In this document: positions 21,950 to 34,612 of the stretch, in pieces
Layout of the letters: every line of letters starts with the position of its first letter
Position numbering within the stretch: position 1 is the first letter of the stretch
From: Malacoraja senta
Lineage: Eukaryota
DNA length: 38,251 bases
NCBI GenBank assembly: GCA_038087875.1
Contig: JAXLNO010000619.1
Location: 1-38,251, forward strand
Direction: 5' to 3'
Made by a program: the position numbers and the translations under genes
The notes under the pieces: model-generated
What the model was told of the DNA's origin: nothing
Databases searched by the model: none
The model's input: only the letters and a program-made list of their open reading frames with translations

Positions 21950-23585
21950 TATTTCAAGATCCTCCTCCATGTCTACAAAGCCCTCAACGGGCTTGCCCCC
22001 CCCTACATTAAAAAGTCTGCTCACCCACCACACCATAGATACATAGATAGATACATAGAAAATAGGTGCAGGAGTAGGCCATTCGGCCCTTCGAGCCTGC
22101 ACCGCCATTCAATATGATCATGGCTGATCATCCAACTCAGTATCCTGTACCTGCCTTCTCTCCATACCCCCTGATCCCTTTAGCCACAAGGGCCACATCT
22201 AACTCCCTCTTAAATAACGCCAATGAACTGGCCTCAACTACCCTCTGTGGCAGAGAGTTCCAGAGATTCACCACTCTCTGTGTGAAAAAGTTTTTTCTCA
22301 TCTCGGTCTTAAAGGATTTCCCCCTTATCCTTAAGCTGTGACCCCATTGTCCTGGACTTCCCCAACATCGGGAACAATCTTCCTGCATCTACCTACTTTC
22401 AATGACTGGTGTACCATGACACCCAGGTCTCGCTGCATCTCCCCTTTTCCTAATCGGCCACCATTTAGATAATAGTCTGCTTTCCTGTTTTTGCCACCAA
22501 ACTCTATGGCTATAATGTCCTTCCTCAGATTTGGAGACCAAAACTGTACGCAATACTCCAGGTGTGGTCTCACCAAGACCCTGTACAACTGCAGTAGTAG
22601 ACCCGATACTCAAATCCTTTTGCTATGAAAGCTAACATACCGTTCGCTTTCTACACTGCCTGCTGCAACCTGCATGCCTACTTTCAATGACTGGTGTACC
22701 ATGACACCCAGGTCTCGCTGCATCTCCCCTTTTCCTAATCGGCCACCATTTAGATAATAGTCTGCTTTCCTGTTTTTGCCACCAAAGTGGATAACCTCAC
22801 ATTTATCCACATTATACTGCATCTGCCAAACATTTGCCCACTCACCCAGCCTATCCAAGTCACCTTGCAGTCTCCTAGCATCCTCCTCACAGCTAACACT
22901 GCCCCCCCAGCTTAGTGTCATCCGCAAACTTGGAGATGTTGCCTTCAATTCCCTCATCCAGATCATTAATATAAACTTGGAGATGTTGCCTCCAGGTCCC
23001 TCAGATCAGCCGACTTGGGGTTGCTGAACATCCCCTGCGGTCTAGGCATAAGCTCAGGGGCGACCGGGCCTTTGCGGTTGCAGCCCCTAGACTGTGGAAC
23101 AGCAGCATCCCCCCTTTCCCATCAGAACTGCCCCCCCTCCATCGACTCCTTTAAGTCGAGACTAAAAACTTATCTGGACTCCCAAGCCTTTCTTGACGTC
23201 CTCTGAGCGAGGGCTGTATGTATATATGTATTTAAGAGGGAACTGCAGATGCTGGAAAATCGAAGGTAGACAAAAGTGCTGGAGAAACTCAGCGGGTGCA
23301 GCAGCATTCTATGGAGCGAAGGAAATAGGCAACGTCTCGGGACGAAACCCTTCCGGGTTTCGGCCCGAAACGTTGCCTATTTCCTTCAGGGTTTCGGGCC
23401 CGAAACGTTGCCTATCTCCTTCGCTCCATGGATGCTGCTGCACCCGCTGAGTTTCTCCAGCATTTTTGTGTACCTACGTATACATGTATGTAGTTTGTTA
23501 TATTATTCTTGTACCAAATGTAAAGCACTTTGGCCAATGAGAGTTGTTTTAAATGTGCTATAGAAATAAATGTGACTTGACTTGG
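21950..23585 (+). mobile_element. Second L2 3' fragment, split by a CR1 (minus, about 22036-22990) and a fold-back Penelope-type element (about 23232-23475)
   Basis: Same L2 sequence on both sides of the inserts. Confidence 0.8.
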
Positions 23586-23819
23586 CTTATTGTCCCGCCT
23601 ACCGAGGTGCAGTGCAAAGCTTTCTTGTGGCGTGCTACCCAGTCAGTGGAAAGACTGCACATGATTACAACCGAGCCGTCCGCAGCGTACAGATACAGGA
23701 TAAAGGGGAATAATGTTTAAGATAGTCCAAGGTAGACAAAAATGCTGGAGAAACTCAGCGGGTGAGGCAGCATCTTTCGAGCGAAGGTAAATAGGTGACG
23801 TTTCGGGTCGTGACCCTGC

Positions 23820-24212
23820 ACAACACCGGCTGACGCTTCTAAGGCCGCCTGGGGTCAAGACGGAGATGGAGAGACCAGTGGAAGTCCATCTAGGCTACAC
23901 CATTACATCGATGACCCCATGGACGTCCCTGGCCAGGACCTCCCCCCGAAAGCAGTGGACAACCCTCAACCGCTTGCGGACAGGCATCGGAGTAGCGATG
24001 AAGAGGTGGGGGCCTCGCGGACAGCGAGTGCCTCCTGCGAGTGTGGGGGACCCAACACACAGACAGTGGAGCACACACATAGTCGCCAGTTGCCCCCAAA
24101 CACCGGCCACCGAATGGTGAAGGAGGTCTGATTGACCTGGACGATGACACGTTGGCCCGGCTCGCCTCAACGGAGCTGCAGGTCTAAAAGACACACGACA
24201 GAAGAAGAAGAA
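23820..24212 (+). mobile_element. Vingi/Ingi-like non-LTR 3' fragment with (GAA)n tail
   Basis: PRKQWTTLNRLRTG...SASCECG..TQTVEH..CP C-terminal zinc-knuckle-like region, frameshifted. Confidence 0.65.
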
Positions 24213-25564
24213 GGGGGGAGACCCTTCTTCAGACTGATATGGGGGTGGGGGTGGGCGGGAAGAAGAAAGGAAGAGGCAGAGGCAGAGACAGTAGGCTGTG
24301 GGAGAGCTGGGAAGGGGGGAGACAGCAAGGACTCCATGGGTCCCCAATGAGTTAGATGGGAGGGTAGGGAGGAACTGCAGAAGGGTCTTGACCCGAAACG
24401 TCACCTATTCCTTCTCTCCAGTGATGCTCCAGCAATTTGTGTCCACCTTCGATTTAAAACAGCACCTGCAGTTGTTTCCTACACAAGGAACTGCAGATAC
24501 TGGTTTACACCAAAGATAGACACAAAATGCTGGAGTAACACAGCGGGACAGGCAGCATCTCTGGATGGAAGAAACGGGTGACGTTTCAGGTCGAGACCCT
24601 TGTTCAAAAGTCTGAAGAAGGGTCTCGACCCATAACATTACACATTCCTGCTATCCTGAGATGCTGCCTGTCCCGCTGAGTTACTCCAGCATTTTGTGTT
24701 TAAGAATCAGGGGCAAGCCATTTAGAACGGAGATGAGGAAACACTTTTTCACAGAGAGTTGTGAGTCTGTGGAATTCTCTGCCTCAGAGGGCGGTGGAGG
24801 CCGGTTCTCTGGATACTTTCGAGAGAGAGCTGGATAGGGCTCTTAAAGATAGCGGAGTAAGGGGATATGGGCAGAAGGCAGGAATGAGGATGATCAGCAT
24901 TGAATGGCTTGAAGGGCCAAATGGCCTCCTGCACCTAGGGTCTATCTTTGAGGTAGATGGGAGGTCAGGACCGCTCTGTAGCTGGCGAGAGGACGGTTCA
25001 GTTGCCTGATAACAGCCGGGAAGAAACTGCCCCTGAATCTGGAGGTGTGTGCGTTCGTTTTCACACTTCTGTACCCCTTGCCGGGTGGGAGAGGGGAGAA
25101 TAAAGGGAGTGACCGGGGGGTGCGACTGGTCCGTGATTATGCTGAGGCAGCACGAAGAGTAGATGGAAGTGGAGAGGGGACACTCTGTGATTGCTTAGCA
25201 CTTCTGCAAGGGTCTCTCTGCCAAGTTTAGTCAAAAGTGCCAAATCATTTCTGTTGCTGGGCTGGTATCAGGATTGCATTGCTTGCAGTTGGGCAAAGTT
25301 TACATTTTACATCGAATAAATCACTACCGGTGACTTTGACTTTGCTGACTTTACCATGCACTAAACATTGTTCCCTTGTCGTGTATCTGTACACCGTGAA
25401 TGGCTCGATTGTAATCATGTATTGTCTTTCTGCTGACTGGATACAAAGCTTTTCACTGTACCTCGGCTCACGTGACAATAAACTAAACTGAGCTGAACTA
25501 GTGGCAGGGAAAGTGAGGAATCAGCCAGGGTCCCTGCTCCCCATCCCTGCCCAGTGACCACGGG

Positions 25565-25764
25565 GTGAGTGAGATAGAGAGACACACACACAGAGAGACA
25601 CAGAGAGACACACAGAGAGAGACACACACGCACAGACACACTCAGACAGAGACAGAGACACAGAGACACACAGACACAGAGAGAGACGCGCACACACACA
25701 GAGACACACACAGACACACTGACAGAGACACAGAGAGAGAGAGAGACAGAGAGAGAGAGAGACA

Positions 25765-25820
<56 letters not shown>

Positions 25821-26125
25821 GAGAGACAGAGAGAGACAGAGAGAGAGACAGAGAGAGAGACAGAGAGGGAGACAGAGAGGGAGACAGAGAGGGAGACAGA
25901 GAGGGAGACAGAGAGGGAGACAGAGAGGGAGACAGAGAGGGAGACAGAGAGGGAGACAGAGAGGGAGACAGAGAGGGAGACAGAGAGGGAGACAGAGAGG
26001 GAGACAGAGAGGGAGACAGAGAGGGAGACAGAGAGAGAGAGAGACAGAGACAGAGAGGGAGACGCACACACAGACAGACAGAAACAAACACAGAGTGTGT
26101 GAGAGAGATACGGACACAGAGTGAC
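25565..26125. repeat. (GA)n/(GAGACAGAGAGG)n compound microsatellite
   Basis: Visible directly in the sequence. Confidence 0.95.
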
Positions 26126-26464
26126 AGAGCCAGGGTTCCCAGTGACCCCAGAGGGAGAATCTCTCCTGACTACTGCTCGTGATCACCATTAACAGAGATG
26201 ACAGTGATTGGTCTTGTGGTCTAACGTTACCGAGAAGCTGTCCATAGGCTAGTAATTGGTATCACAGGACCGGATGTTGCTCCCACACACATTTGTTTCA
26301 GCTGCGTTCTGTCCGCCCTTTTTATTTTATAACGCCAGATTTCCTGATGAAAATGTGAGGCAGCCATTTAGGCCTACTCTCTGCTGGCTGAAAGCAATCC
26401 CATCATCTGCTCATTCCCCTCGTAATCCCATTCTCCCCCCCCCCCGACCCCCATCAACTCAGGA

Positions 26465-26750
26465 GCGGCACCGTGGCGCAGTGGTACACAGCGACAGAGA
26501 CCCGGGTTCCACCCTGACTACCGGTGCTGTCTGTACAGAGTTTGCACGCTCTCCCTGTCACCTTGCAGGTTTTCACCAGGTGCTCCAGTTTCCTCCCACA
26601 CTCCAAAGGCGTGCAGGTTTGGAGGTTAATTGGCTTCGGTAAGAATTGTAAATTGTCCCCTGGTGTGTCGGATAGTGTTAGTGTGCGGGCTGGTCGGCAC
26701 GGACCTGGTGGGCCGAAGGGCCTGTTTCCCCAGCTGTATCTCTGAACTGA
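26465..26750 (+). mobile_element. tRNA-derived SINE
   Basis: GTGGCGCAGTGG A-box, GGTTCCACCC B-like box, SINE core and tail. Confidence 0.8.
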
Positions 26751-26969
26751 TTCTACCTTTTAGTTTCCACTAGTGGGAGAGTCTAGGACGAGCGGTCGTA
26801 GCCTCAGAATTAAAGGACGTTCCTTTAGGAAGGAGATGAGGAGAAGTTTCTTTCGTCAGAGGGTGGTGAATCTGTGGGATTCATTGCCACTGAAGGCTGT
26901 GGAGGCCACAAGTCAGTGGATATAATTAAGGCGGAGTTAGATAGATTCTTGATCAGTGCGGGCGTCAGC

Positions 26970-27242
26970 AACTTCTCCGTGGTTCGTCACCTTGTCGTGG
27001 TGGAGAAGCTTGTGTGGTCCTGAGATCCTGAGAGCGATGCCGTCTGGAGCTAGGGCCAATGCATGGCGGTAAGGTCGAGGTCGAGGGGGAGGTCTCTGAC
27101 AAAGAGCAATCCAACCAAGACCTCAACGGTGGAACAGGCGGAGGACGATGAATGGAGCGTCACAACGGATGGGAAGGCGGATGAAGGCAGCGGCGAAAAA
27201 GGGTCTCCGGTCGTCTTGGACTCCACGCCACTGGATCCTGAC
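26970..27242 (+). mobile_element. RTE-clade 5'-region fragment, continuing at about 29817-29938 after the Rex1 insert
   Basis: CACCTTGTCGTGGTGGAGAAGCTTG...GAGCGATGCCGT...AGGTC...TCTGACAAA resembles the conserved RTE/BovB/Expander 5' segment (recognised from memory, not searched). Confidence 0.6.
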
Positions 27243-29636
27243 AAAGCATGGTGCACGGACACCACCATCATCGAGAGTCACTGCTCAGCTAACCTAGAGT
27301 TCCTCTTGGTTAGATGCAGACCGTTCTATCTGCCCAGAGAGTTTACCTCCACTGTTGTGACTGCAGCCTATATTCCTCCTGATGCTAATGCCAAGCTTGC
27401 AATGAAAGATCTGCATTCTGCCATTAGCAAACAACAGACTCACAACCCCGAGGCAGCCTTCATTGTTGCGGGTGACTTCAATCACTCCAACCTGAAGACT
27501 GTACTCCCCAAATTCCACCAACATGTCTCCTTCGCCACTAGAGAAGGCAAGACACTGGACAAAGTCTACACCAACATGGCTGAAGCTTACAAAGCCGTCC
27601 CCCTCCCCCACCTTGGACAGTCTGATCACCTCTCATTGTTCCTGCTCCCAAAGTACTCCCCACTCATCAGACGGGTTAAACCCACTGTGAGGACAGTTAA
27701 AGTCTGGTCAGAGGATGCGGACTCCACACTTCAGCAGTGTTTTGGAAACACTGACTGGAAGGCGTTTGCAGCCCAGGCCACCCTTGACTCCCACACGGAC
27801 ATTGACTCCTATACATCATCTGTTCTGGACTTTATAAACTCCACCATCAACAGTGTCACCTCCCTCAAACAGGTGACCATATTCCCGAATCAGAAGCCAT
27901 GGATGAACAGCGAGGTCAGGCTACTGCTGAAAGCACGGGACACCGCTTTCAGGTCAGGCGATGCCCGAGCCTATAGTTCATCCAGGGCTAACCTGAAGAA
28001 GGGCATAAAGAAGGCCAAGCACTGCCATAAACTCAGGATTGAGGAGCACTTCAACAACAACTCCGACCCCCGACGCATGTGGCAAGGCATCCAGGCCATC
28101 ACGGACTTTAGACCCACCAACACCACCCCCACATCCAGTAACGCCTCCTTCCTTGAGGAGCTTAACCACTTCTATGGCCGTTTCGATAGGGACAATCGGC
28201 AGTTGGCCATCAAGGCGGTGCTCCCTGCCGATCACCAGCCCCTCTCACTCACCCCCTTCGACGTGTACGTGGCACTGAGTAGGACTAATGCACGTAAGGC
28301 TGCTGGCCCCGACGGCATCCCCGGGCGCGTCCTCAGGGCCTGTGCTGCGCAGCTGACAGACGTCTGGACTGACATCTTCAACCTGTCACTTGCCCAAGCA
28401 GTTGTGCCCACGTGCCTTAAATCCACCTCCATCGTGCCGATGCCAAAACACTCCACTGCGGCAAGCCTCAACGACTTCCGCGCAGTTGCACTTACTCCCA
28501 TCATCGCCAAGTGCTTCGAGAGGCTGGTCCTGGCACACCTCAAAGGCTGCCTACCCCCCACGTTGGATCCCTATCAGTTTGCCTACCGCAAGAACAGGAG
28601 TACGGAGGATGCCATCTCAACGGCACTTCACTCCGCCCTCTCCCACCTCGACAACAGAGACACTTACGTAAGAATGCTGTTCATCGATTACAGCTCAGCA
28701 TTCAACACCATCATACCCTCTAAACTGATCACCAAACTCGGTGACCTGGACATCGACCCCTCCCTCTGCAACTGGATACTGGACTTTCTAACCAACAGAC
28801 CCCAGTCTGTTAGGTTAGACAAGCACACCTCTTCAACCCTCACCCTGAACACCGGCGTTCCACAGGGCTGTGTGCTGAGCCCCCTCCTCTACTCCCTCTT
28901 CACCTACGACTGCACACCTGTACATGGTACTAACACCATCATCAAGTATGCAGATGATACAACGGTGATTGGCCTCATCAGCAACAACGATGAGTCGGCC
29001 TATAGGGAGGAGGTCCAGCTCCTAGCAGCATGGTGCGCTGACAACAACCTGGCCCTTAACTCCAAGAAGACCAAGGAGCTCATTGTAGACTTCAGGAAGT
29101 CTAGGGGCGGCATGCACACCCCCATCCACATTAACGGGACGGAGGTGGAACGTGTTTCCAGCTTCAGGTTCCTGGGGGTCAACATCTCCGATGACCTCTC
29201 TTGGACCAACAATACCTCAACTCTGGTCAAGAAGGCTCACCAGCGTCTCTTCTTCCTGAGGAGACTAAAGAAGGTCCATCTGTCTCCTCGGATTCTGGTG
29301 AACTTCTACCGCTGCACCATCGAGAGCATCCTTACCAACTGCATCACTGTATGGTACGGCAACTGCTCTGTCTCCGACCGGAAAGCACTGCAGAGGGTGG
29401 TGAAAATTGCCCAACGCATCACCGGTTCCTCACTCCCCACCATTGAGTATGTCCAAAGCAAGCGTTGTCTGCGAAGGGCGCTCAGCATCGCCAAGGACTG
29501 CTCTCACCCCAACCACAGACTGTTTACCCTCCTACCATCCGGGAGGCGTTACAGGTCTCTCCGTTGCCGGACCAGCAGGTCCAGGAACAGCTTCTTCCCT
29601 GCGGCTGTTACACTACTCAACACTGTACCTCGGTGA
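27063..29636 (+). CDS. 857-aa chimeric retroelement ORF (RTE-5'-derived N-terminus fused to Rex1 endonuclease/RT)
   Basis: Uninterrupted ORF in the track with RT motifs intact; the first ~60 aa do not resemble Rex1. Confidence 0.7.
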   Translation: MAVRSRSRGRSLTKSNPTKTSTVEQAEDDEWSVTTDGKADEGSGEKGSPVVLDSTPLDPDKAWCTDTTIIESHCSANLEFLLVRCRPFYLPREFTSTVVTAAYIPPDANAKLAMKDLHSAISKQQTHNPEAAFIVAGDFNHSNLKTVLPKFHQHVSFATREGKTLDKVYTNMAEAYKAVPLPHLGQSDHLSLFLLPKYSPLIRRVKPTVRTVKVWSEDADSTLQQCFGNTDWKAFAAQATLDSHTDIDSYTSSVLDFINSTINSVTSLKQVTIFPNQKPWMNSEVRLLLKARDTAFRSGDARAYSSSRANLKKGIKKAKHCHKLRIEEHFNNNSDPRRMWQGIQAITDFRPTNTTPTSSNASFLEELNHFYGRFDRDNRQLAIKAVLPADHQPLSLTPFDVYVALSRTNARKAAGPDGIPGRVLRACAAQLTDVWTDIFNLSLAQAVVPTCLKSTSIVPMPKHSTAASLNDFRAVALTPIIAKCFERLVLAHLKGCLPPTLDPYQFAYRKNRSTEDAISTALHSALSHLDNRDTYVRMLFIDYSSAFNTIIPSKLITKLGDLDIDPSLCNWILDFLTNRPQSVRLDKHTSSTLTLNTGVPQGCVLSPLLYSLFTYDCTPVHGTNTIIKYADDTTVIGLISNNDESAYREEVQLLAAWCADNNLALNSKKTKELIVDFRKSRGGMHTPIHINGTEVERVSSFRFLGVNISDDLSWTNNTSTLVKKAHQRLFFLRRLKKVHLSPRILVNFYRCTIESILTNCITVWYGNCSVSDRKALQRVVKIAQRITGSSLPTIEYVQSKRCLRRALSIAKDCSHPNHRLFTLLPSGRRYRSLRCRTSRSRNSFFPAAVTLLNTVPR

Positions 29637-29816
29637 CTGCCAACCACACCCCACCCCCCCCCCCCCCCCGGACACTCCTCCCACCAGGATTTATTAGATT
29701 TATTTATTTACTGCTCATATTTATGTCGCTCTTCTAGGGAGATGCTAACTGCATTTCGTTGTCTCTGCACTGTACACTGCACAATGACAATAAAGTTGAA
29801 TCTGAATCTGAATCTG
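27243..29816 (+). mobile_element. 5'-truncated Rex1/Babar non-LTR retrotransposon with open EN(C-terminal part)-RT frame and (GAATCT)n tail
   Basis: Motifs [61 protein letters not shown] and [12 protein letters not shown] followed by gaatct repeats at about 29789-29816. Confidence 0.92.
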
Positions 29817-30119
29817 ATCTGAAGGGCCGTGGGGGTGGGGGTGGGGGGTGGGGGGGTGGCTGTCTGTGCATCAGTCTCCCCACGTTAAACAAAGTCACGG
29901 GCGGGCGGGCAGGTGTCCTCCGACCCTGGAGACACCCGTTGTTGAATGGCGGCGTAGACTTGATGGGCCGAATGGTCTAATGTTGCTCCTAGAACCTCCC
30001 ACAGCGGCGGTCTCAGCCCAGGAGACGCAGGGGACACAGATGTGGACTTGAGGCGGCAAGAAGCTTGTGGGGGTGGGTTGTGGGAGAAGGTGATCACAGC
30101 AAACCCCCCTCAAGGCATC

Positions 30120-30500
30120 CTCACCCCCCTGACCCACACACACACACAGCGGGACGCTCCCTCCTCACCCCCCTCACCCCCTGACCCACACACACGCAGC
30201 GGGACGCTCCCTCCTCACCCCCCCTGACCCACACACACGCAGCGGGACGCTCCCTCCTCACCCCCCCTGACCCCCACACACACAGCGGGACGCTCCCTCC
30301 TCACCCCCCTCACCCCCCTGACCCACACACACGCAGCGGGACGCTCCCTCCTCACCCCCCTCACCCCCTGACCCACACACACGCAGCGGGACGCTCCCTC
30401 CTCACCCCCCTGACCCACACACACACAGCGGGACGCTCCCTCCTCACCCCCCCTGACCCACACACACACACGCAGCGGGACGCTCCCTCCCTCCCTCCTC
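30120..30500. repeat. ~41-52 bp minisatellite (CCCCCTGACCCACACACACGCAGCGGGACGCTCCCTCCTCA) at the 5' end of intron 1
   Basis: Tandem units visible directly. Confidence 0.92.
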
Positions 30501-30582
30501 ACACCCTCACCCCCACCCACCTCAAAGCGCGGCGCTCCCTCCCTCCTTATTACCCTCCCTCCCCCCTTCCCTCCCCACGTAC

Positions 30583-30624
30583 CTCGAAGGGGTTGTCATC
30601 GGCGCAGTGCGGCGGTCGGGACAT
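30583..30624 (-). CDS. SCAMP3: SCAMP3-like coding exon 1 (MSRPPHCADDNPFE)
   Basis: ATG in GCCATG context within a CpG island; encodes an NPF motif; followed by a GTACGT donor; phase 0 joins exon 2 (DPAVI), matching the SCAMP3 'DNPFQ|DPAVI' junction. Confidence 0.85.
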
Positions 30625-31965
30625 GGCGAGGCCGGGGGGGGGAGGGGGGGTGAGAGACAGACAGAGAGAGAGAGAGAGGAGAGAGAGAGCGGCGCCGGGG
30701 GCCCGGTGGACAGGGACAGGGTCAAGGACAGGGACAAGGCCCGGGGGGACAAGGCCGGAGCCGGAGCCGGGGGGTCGAGTCGTCCACAAGCCGCGGCTCC
30801 GCGACCGTTGGCGACAAACGCCGCTCGCGCCGCATCCACTGGTCCCGCCCTCTCCTTCCCCCCCGCCACGTGACCCCGCCCCCACCCCGCGCCACGTGAC
30901 CCCGCCCCCCACCCCGCGCCACGTGACGACGCTGGCATTCACCATTGGTCCAGTGCCGCAGCCCCGCCCCCACATCCCTGACCACGCCCCCACCGTGACG
31001 ACGGTCGCATTCACCATTGGTTTAGCCCCGCCCCCACATCCCTTGACCACGCCCCCGCACGTCACTGACCCGCCCCCACATCCCTGACCACGCCCCCGCG
31101 CGTCACTGACCCGCCCCCACATCATTGACCACGCCCCCTTACGTCTCAGACCCGCCCCCACATCCATGACCACGCCCCCTTACGTCACCGACCCGCCCCC
31201 ACATCCTTGACCACGCCCCCTTACGTCTCAGACCCGCCCCCACATCCCTGACCACGCCCCCTCGCGTCACTGACCCGCCCCCACATCCCTGACCACGCCC
31301 CCGCACGTCACTGACCCGCCCCCACATCATTGACCACGCCCCCTTACGTCTCAGACCCGCCCCCACATCCATGACCACGCCCCCTTACGTCACCGACCCG
31401 CCCCCACATCCTTGACCACGCCCCCTCACGTCACCGACCCGCCCCCACATCATTGACCACGCCCCCCGCCATGTGACGACGCTCGCATTCACCATTGGTT
31501 TAGCCCCGGCCCCACACCCCTTGACCACGCCCCCTAGCGTCCCAGACCCACCCCCGCCACGTGACCCCGCCCCCACCTCGCTCCACGTGACGACGCTGGC
31601 ATTCACCATTGGTCCAGCGCCGTAGCTCCGCCCCCACATCCTTGACCACGCCCCCCTCGCGTCTCAGACCCGCCCCCCACACGTGACGACGCCCGCATTC
31701 ACCATCGCTTCAGCCCCGCAGTCCCGCCCCCACATCCCCGGCCACGCCCCCATCACGTGACGCACTTCACCCTCACCTTAACCCCGCCCCCACAGACCTA
31801 GCCCCGCCCACCGTGACGTAACTCTCCCCGCCCCAGGCCCCGCCCACCGTGACGTAACTCCCCCCTCGACCCAGGCCCCGCCCACCGTGACGTAACTCCC
31901 CCCCTCGACCCAGGCCCCGCCCACCAGGCCCCGCCTCCTCCGGCCTTCCCCTCCCCCGCCCCCCT
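30625..31965 (-). promoter_or_regulatory. CpG-island 5'UTR/promoter of SCAMP3 with clustered GC boxes, CACGTG E-boxes, CCAAT boxes and CRE-like sites
   Basis: CpG-rich and directly upstream of the ATG. Many CCCGCCCCC and CCACGCCC sites; CCACGTGAC at about 30866, 30892, 30919, 31557 and 31583; ATTGG at about 30944, 31016, 31494 and 31608; repeated TGACGTAA. Confidence 0.75.
31044..31470. repeat. 41-bp promoter minisatellite (about 11 units, 205-bp higher-order period)
   Basis: TGACCACGCCCC recurs at 31044, 31085, 31126, 31167 ... 31454, every 41 nt. Confidence 0.9.
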
Positions 31966-34034
31966 TGACCAAAACCATGGCCATGGCCACCGACACCATG
32001 TTTTACAAGGAACCGCAGATGCTGGAAAAGCGAAGGTGGACAAAAAATGCTGGAGGAACTGAGCGGGTGGAGCAGCGTCGATGGAGCGAAGGGAACAGGC
32101 AACGTTTCGGGCCGAAACCCTGAACCGATGTTGCCCTTGTACGGGATACTGAGTTGGATGATCAGCCGTGATCACATTGAATGGCGGTGCTGGCTCGAAG
32201 GGCCGAATGGCCTCTACTCCTGCACCAATTTTCTATGTTTCTATGAGCGATATAGACGATGATATAGACGGAGATATATAATGAATAAAAGATAAGCAAA
32301 AAAGTCACAATGGAAACAGGCCATTGTTGTCTGATTGTTGGATGGGAACGAGAAGCTGGTGCGACTTGAGGGATGAAGTGGGCGATTGCTGGAACGTTCG
32401 GTTTTGTTTAGAGAAACAGGCCCTTCGGCACCGACCAGCGATCCCCGCACACTAACACCATCCCACCTACACACACACACCAGGGACAATTTAAATTGAT
32501 ACCAAGCCAATTAACCTACAAACCTGCGCGTCTTTGGGGAGTGTGGGAGGAAACCGAAGATCTGGGAGAAAACCCAGGCGGTCACTGGGGGGGGGGGGGG
32601 GGGGTGACGTACAAACACCTATTGTCTATGTTTCTATTTTTGCGCTTTAGACTGTTTTACTATTTCACGCTGAATCTAAATGTTATTAGTTGTTTAAGTG
32701 ATTTTTTTTTTAATAAATATTTGTATTAGAAGCAAGCATATTATCAAGTATAGTTACATATTATAGTAAAAGAAATCTTTACATATACATCACACATTAT
32801 TACAATTTTCAATTGCCGATCCATTCTGCTTCTAGTGGGTTTTTTATATAGAGAGAAAGAGAGAGAAAAGAAATACTAATATCAAAAAAGGGAAAAGGCA
32901 GAATGAATTACTTATGAATTACGTCATAGATACATAGACAATAGGTGCAGGAGTAGAGGCCATTCGGCCCTTCGAGCCTGCACCGCCATTCAATATGATC
33001 ATGGCTGATCATCCAACTCAGTATCCCGTGCCTGCCTTCTCTCCATACCCCCTGATCCCTTTAGCCACAAGGGCCACATCTAACTCCCTCTTAAATATAG
33101 ACAATGAACTGGCCTCAACTACCCTCTGTGGCAAATGTGTCTGTGCCGGGTGGATGTGTGTGAATACGGTTCATGGGGGTTGGGGGTGGGGGGGGGGGGG
33201 CACTCAGCAGGGCCGGTTCAGAGCAACGATGACTCTGGGGATGAAACTGTTCCTGAGTCTGGAGGCGGAACTCGCTATCAAAACATGGAGGGGACAGAGG
33301 GGACACAATTTCTTGGCTATGTTTCTATGTTTCTATGTGATGCAGGGGTACCGTAAAGATGACTGATTTCAGGTCAGGTCGTGGATAGACTTACATCTCC
33401 GAACAAAGATTTGAAAAAAATCTTTTTCAAGGGACTTTTTGTACTATTTCCACTTTCCACTTTTTTTTTTTTTTTTTTGGATTAATATTTTTATTAGAAG
33501 CCAACATATTATAAGGTATGGTAACATATTATAATAGAAATAAAAGCTTTTCATATACATCAAACATACATTATTAAAATTGTCAATTGTCGATTAATTC
33601 TGCTTCTAATGTTTTTTTTATATAGATAGAAAAAGAAAGATAGGGAAAAAAAAGCATTACAAATACCATGAGAAGAAAAAAAAGCGGTGGAATGAACTAC
33701 TTATAATACGTCTTTGGAGATAAGTTCGTAGGATATGAAATATATTTTTACATCTAATCCTGAGTTCAAACTTCAGTTGGGTTTTCGTGCTGGGCCAATC
33801 TATCCCTTCAAATAGTTAATGAATGGAGCCCATATTTCAACAAAAAGTTATTGCTTGTCCATTAAGACAAGTCTAATTCTTTCTAGATGTAGGGTCTCCG
33901 ACATTTCCACAATCCACATTTTAATTGTGGGGGTTGTAGGGCCTTTCCAGAATTTGAAATATTAATTTTCTCCCTGTTATTATACTGTAGTCAAGGAAGT
34001 TTCTTTGGTTTGTTGGGTGTTAAACTTTGTTCTG

Positions 34035-34582
34035 ATAGAAACATAGAAACATAGAAATTAGGTGCAGGAGTAGAGGCCATTCGGCCCTTCGAGCCTGCAC
34101 CGCCATTCAATATGATCATGGCTGATCATCCAACTCAGTATCCTGTACCTGCCTTCTCTCCATACCCCCTGATCCCTTTAAGCCACAAGGGCCACATCTA
34201 ACTCCCTCTTAAATATAGCCAATGAACTGGCCTCGACTACCCTCTGTGGCAGAGAGTTCCAGAGATTCACCACTCTCTGTGTGAAAAAAGTTCTTCTCAT
34301 CTCGGTTTTAAAGGATTTCCCCCTTATCCTTAAGCTGTGACCCCTTGTCCTGGACTTCCCCAACATCGGGAACAATCTTCCTGCATCTAGCCTGTCCAAC
34401 CCCTTAAGAATTTTGTACGTTTCTATAAGATCCCCCCTCAATCTCCTAAATTCTAGCGAGTATAAGCCAAGTCTATCCAGTCTTTCTTCATATGAAAGTC
34501 CTGACATCCCAGGAATCAGTCTGGTGAACCTTCTCTGCACTCCCTCTATGGCTATAATGTCCTTCCTCAGATTTGGAGACCA
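34035..34582 (-). mobile_element. CR1 LINE 3' fragment
   Basis: [25 protein letters not shown]; (CTATGTTT)n tail. Confidence 0.92.
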
Positions 34583-34612
34583 ATACTTGTCCCAAGTATT
34601 ATTAATTTTGAG

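Noticed and set aside
30919..30948. ER-stress element (CCAAT-N9-CCACG)
   Set aside because: The sequence after CCAAT-N9 is CAGCG, not CCACG, and the CACGTG lies at the wrong spacing.
30550..31173. N-terminal extension of SCAMP3 from upstream in-frame ATGs
   Set aside because: The upstream ATGs lie within promoter repeats and give low-complexity peptide; the ATG at 30624 has a good Kozak context.
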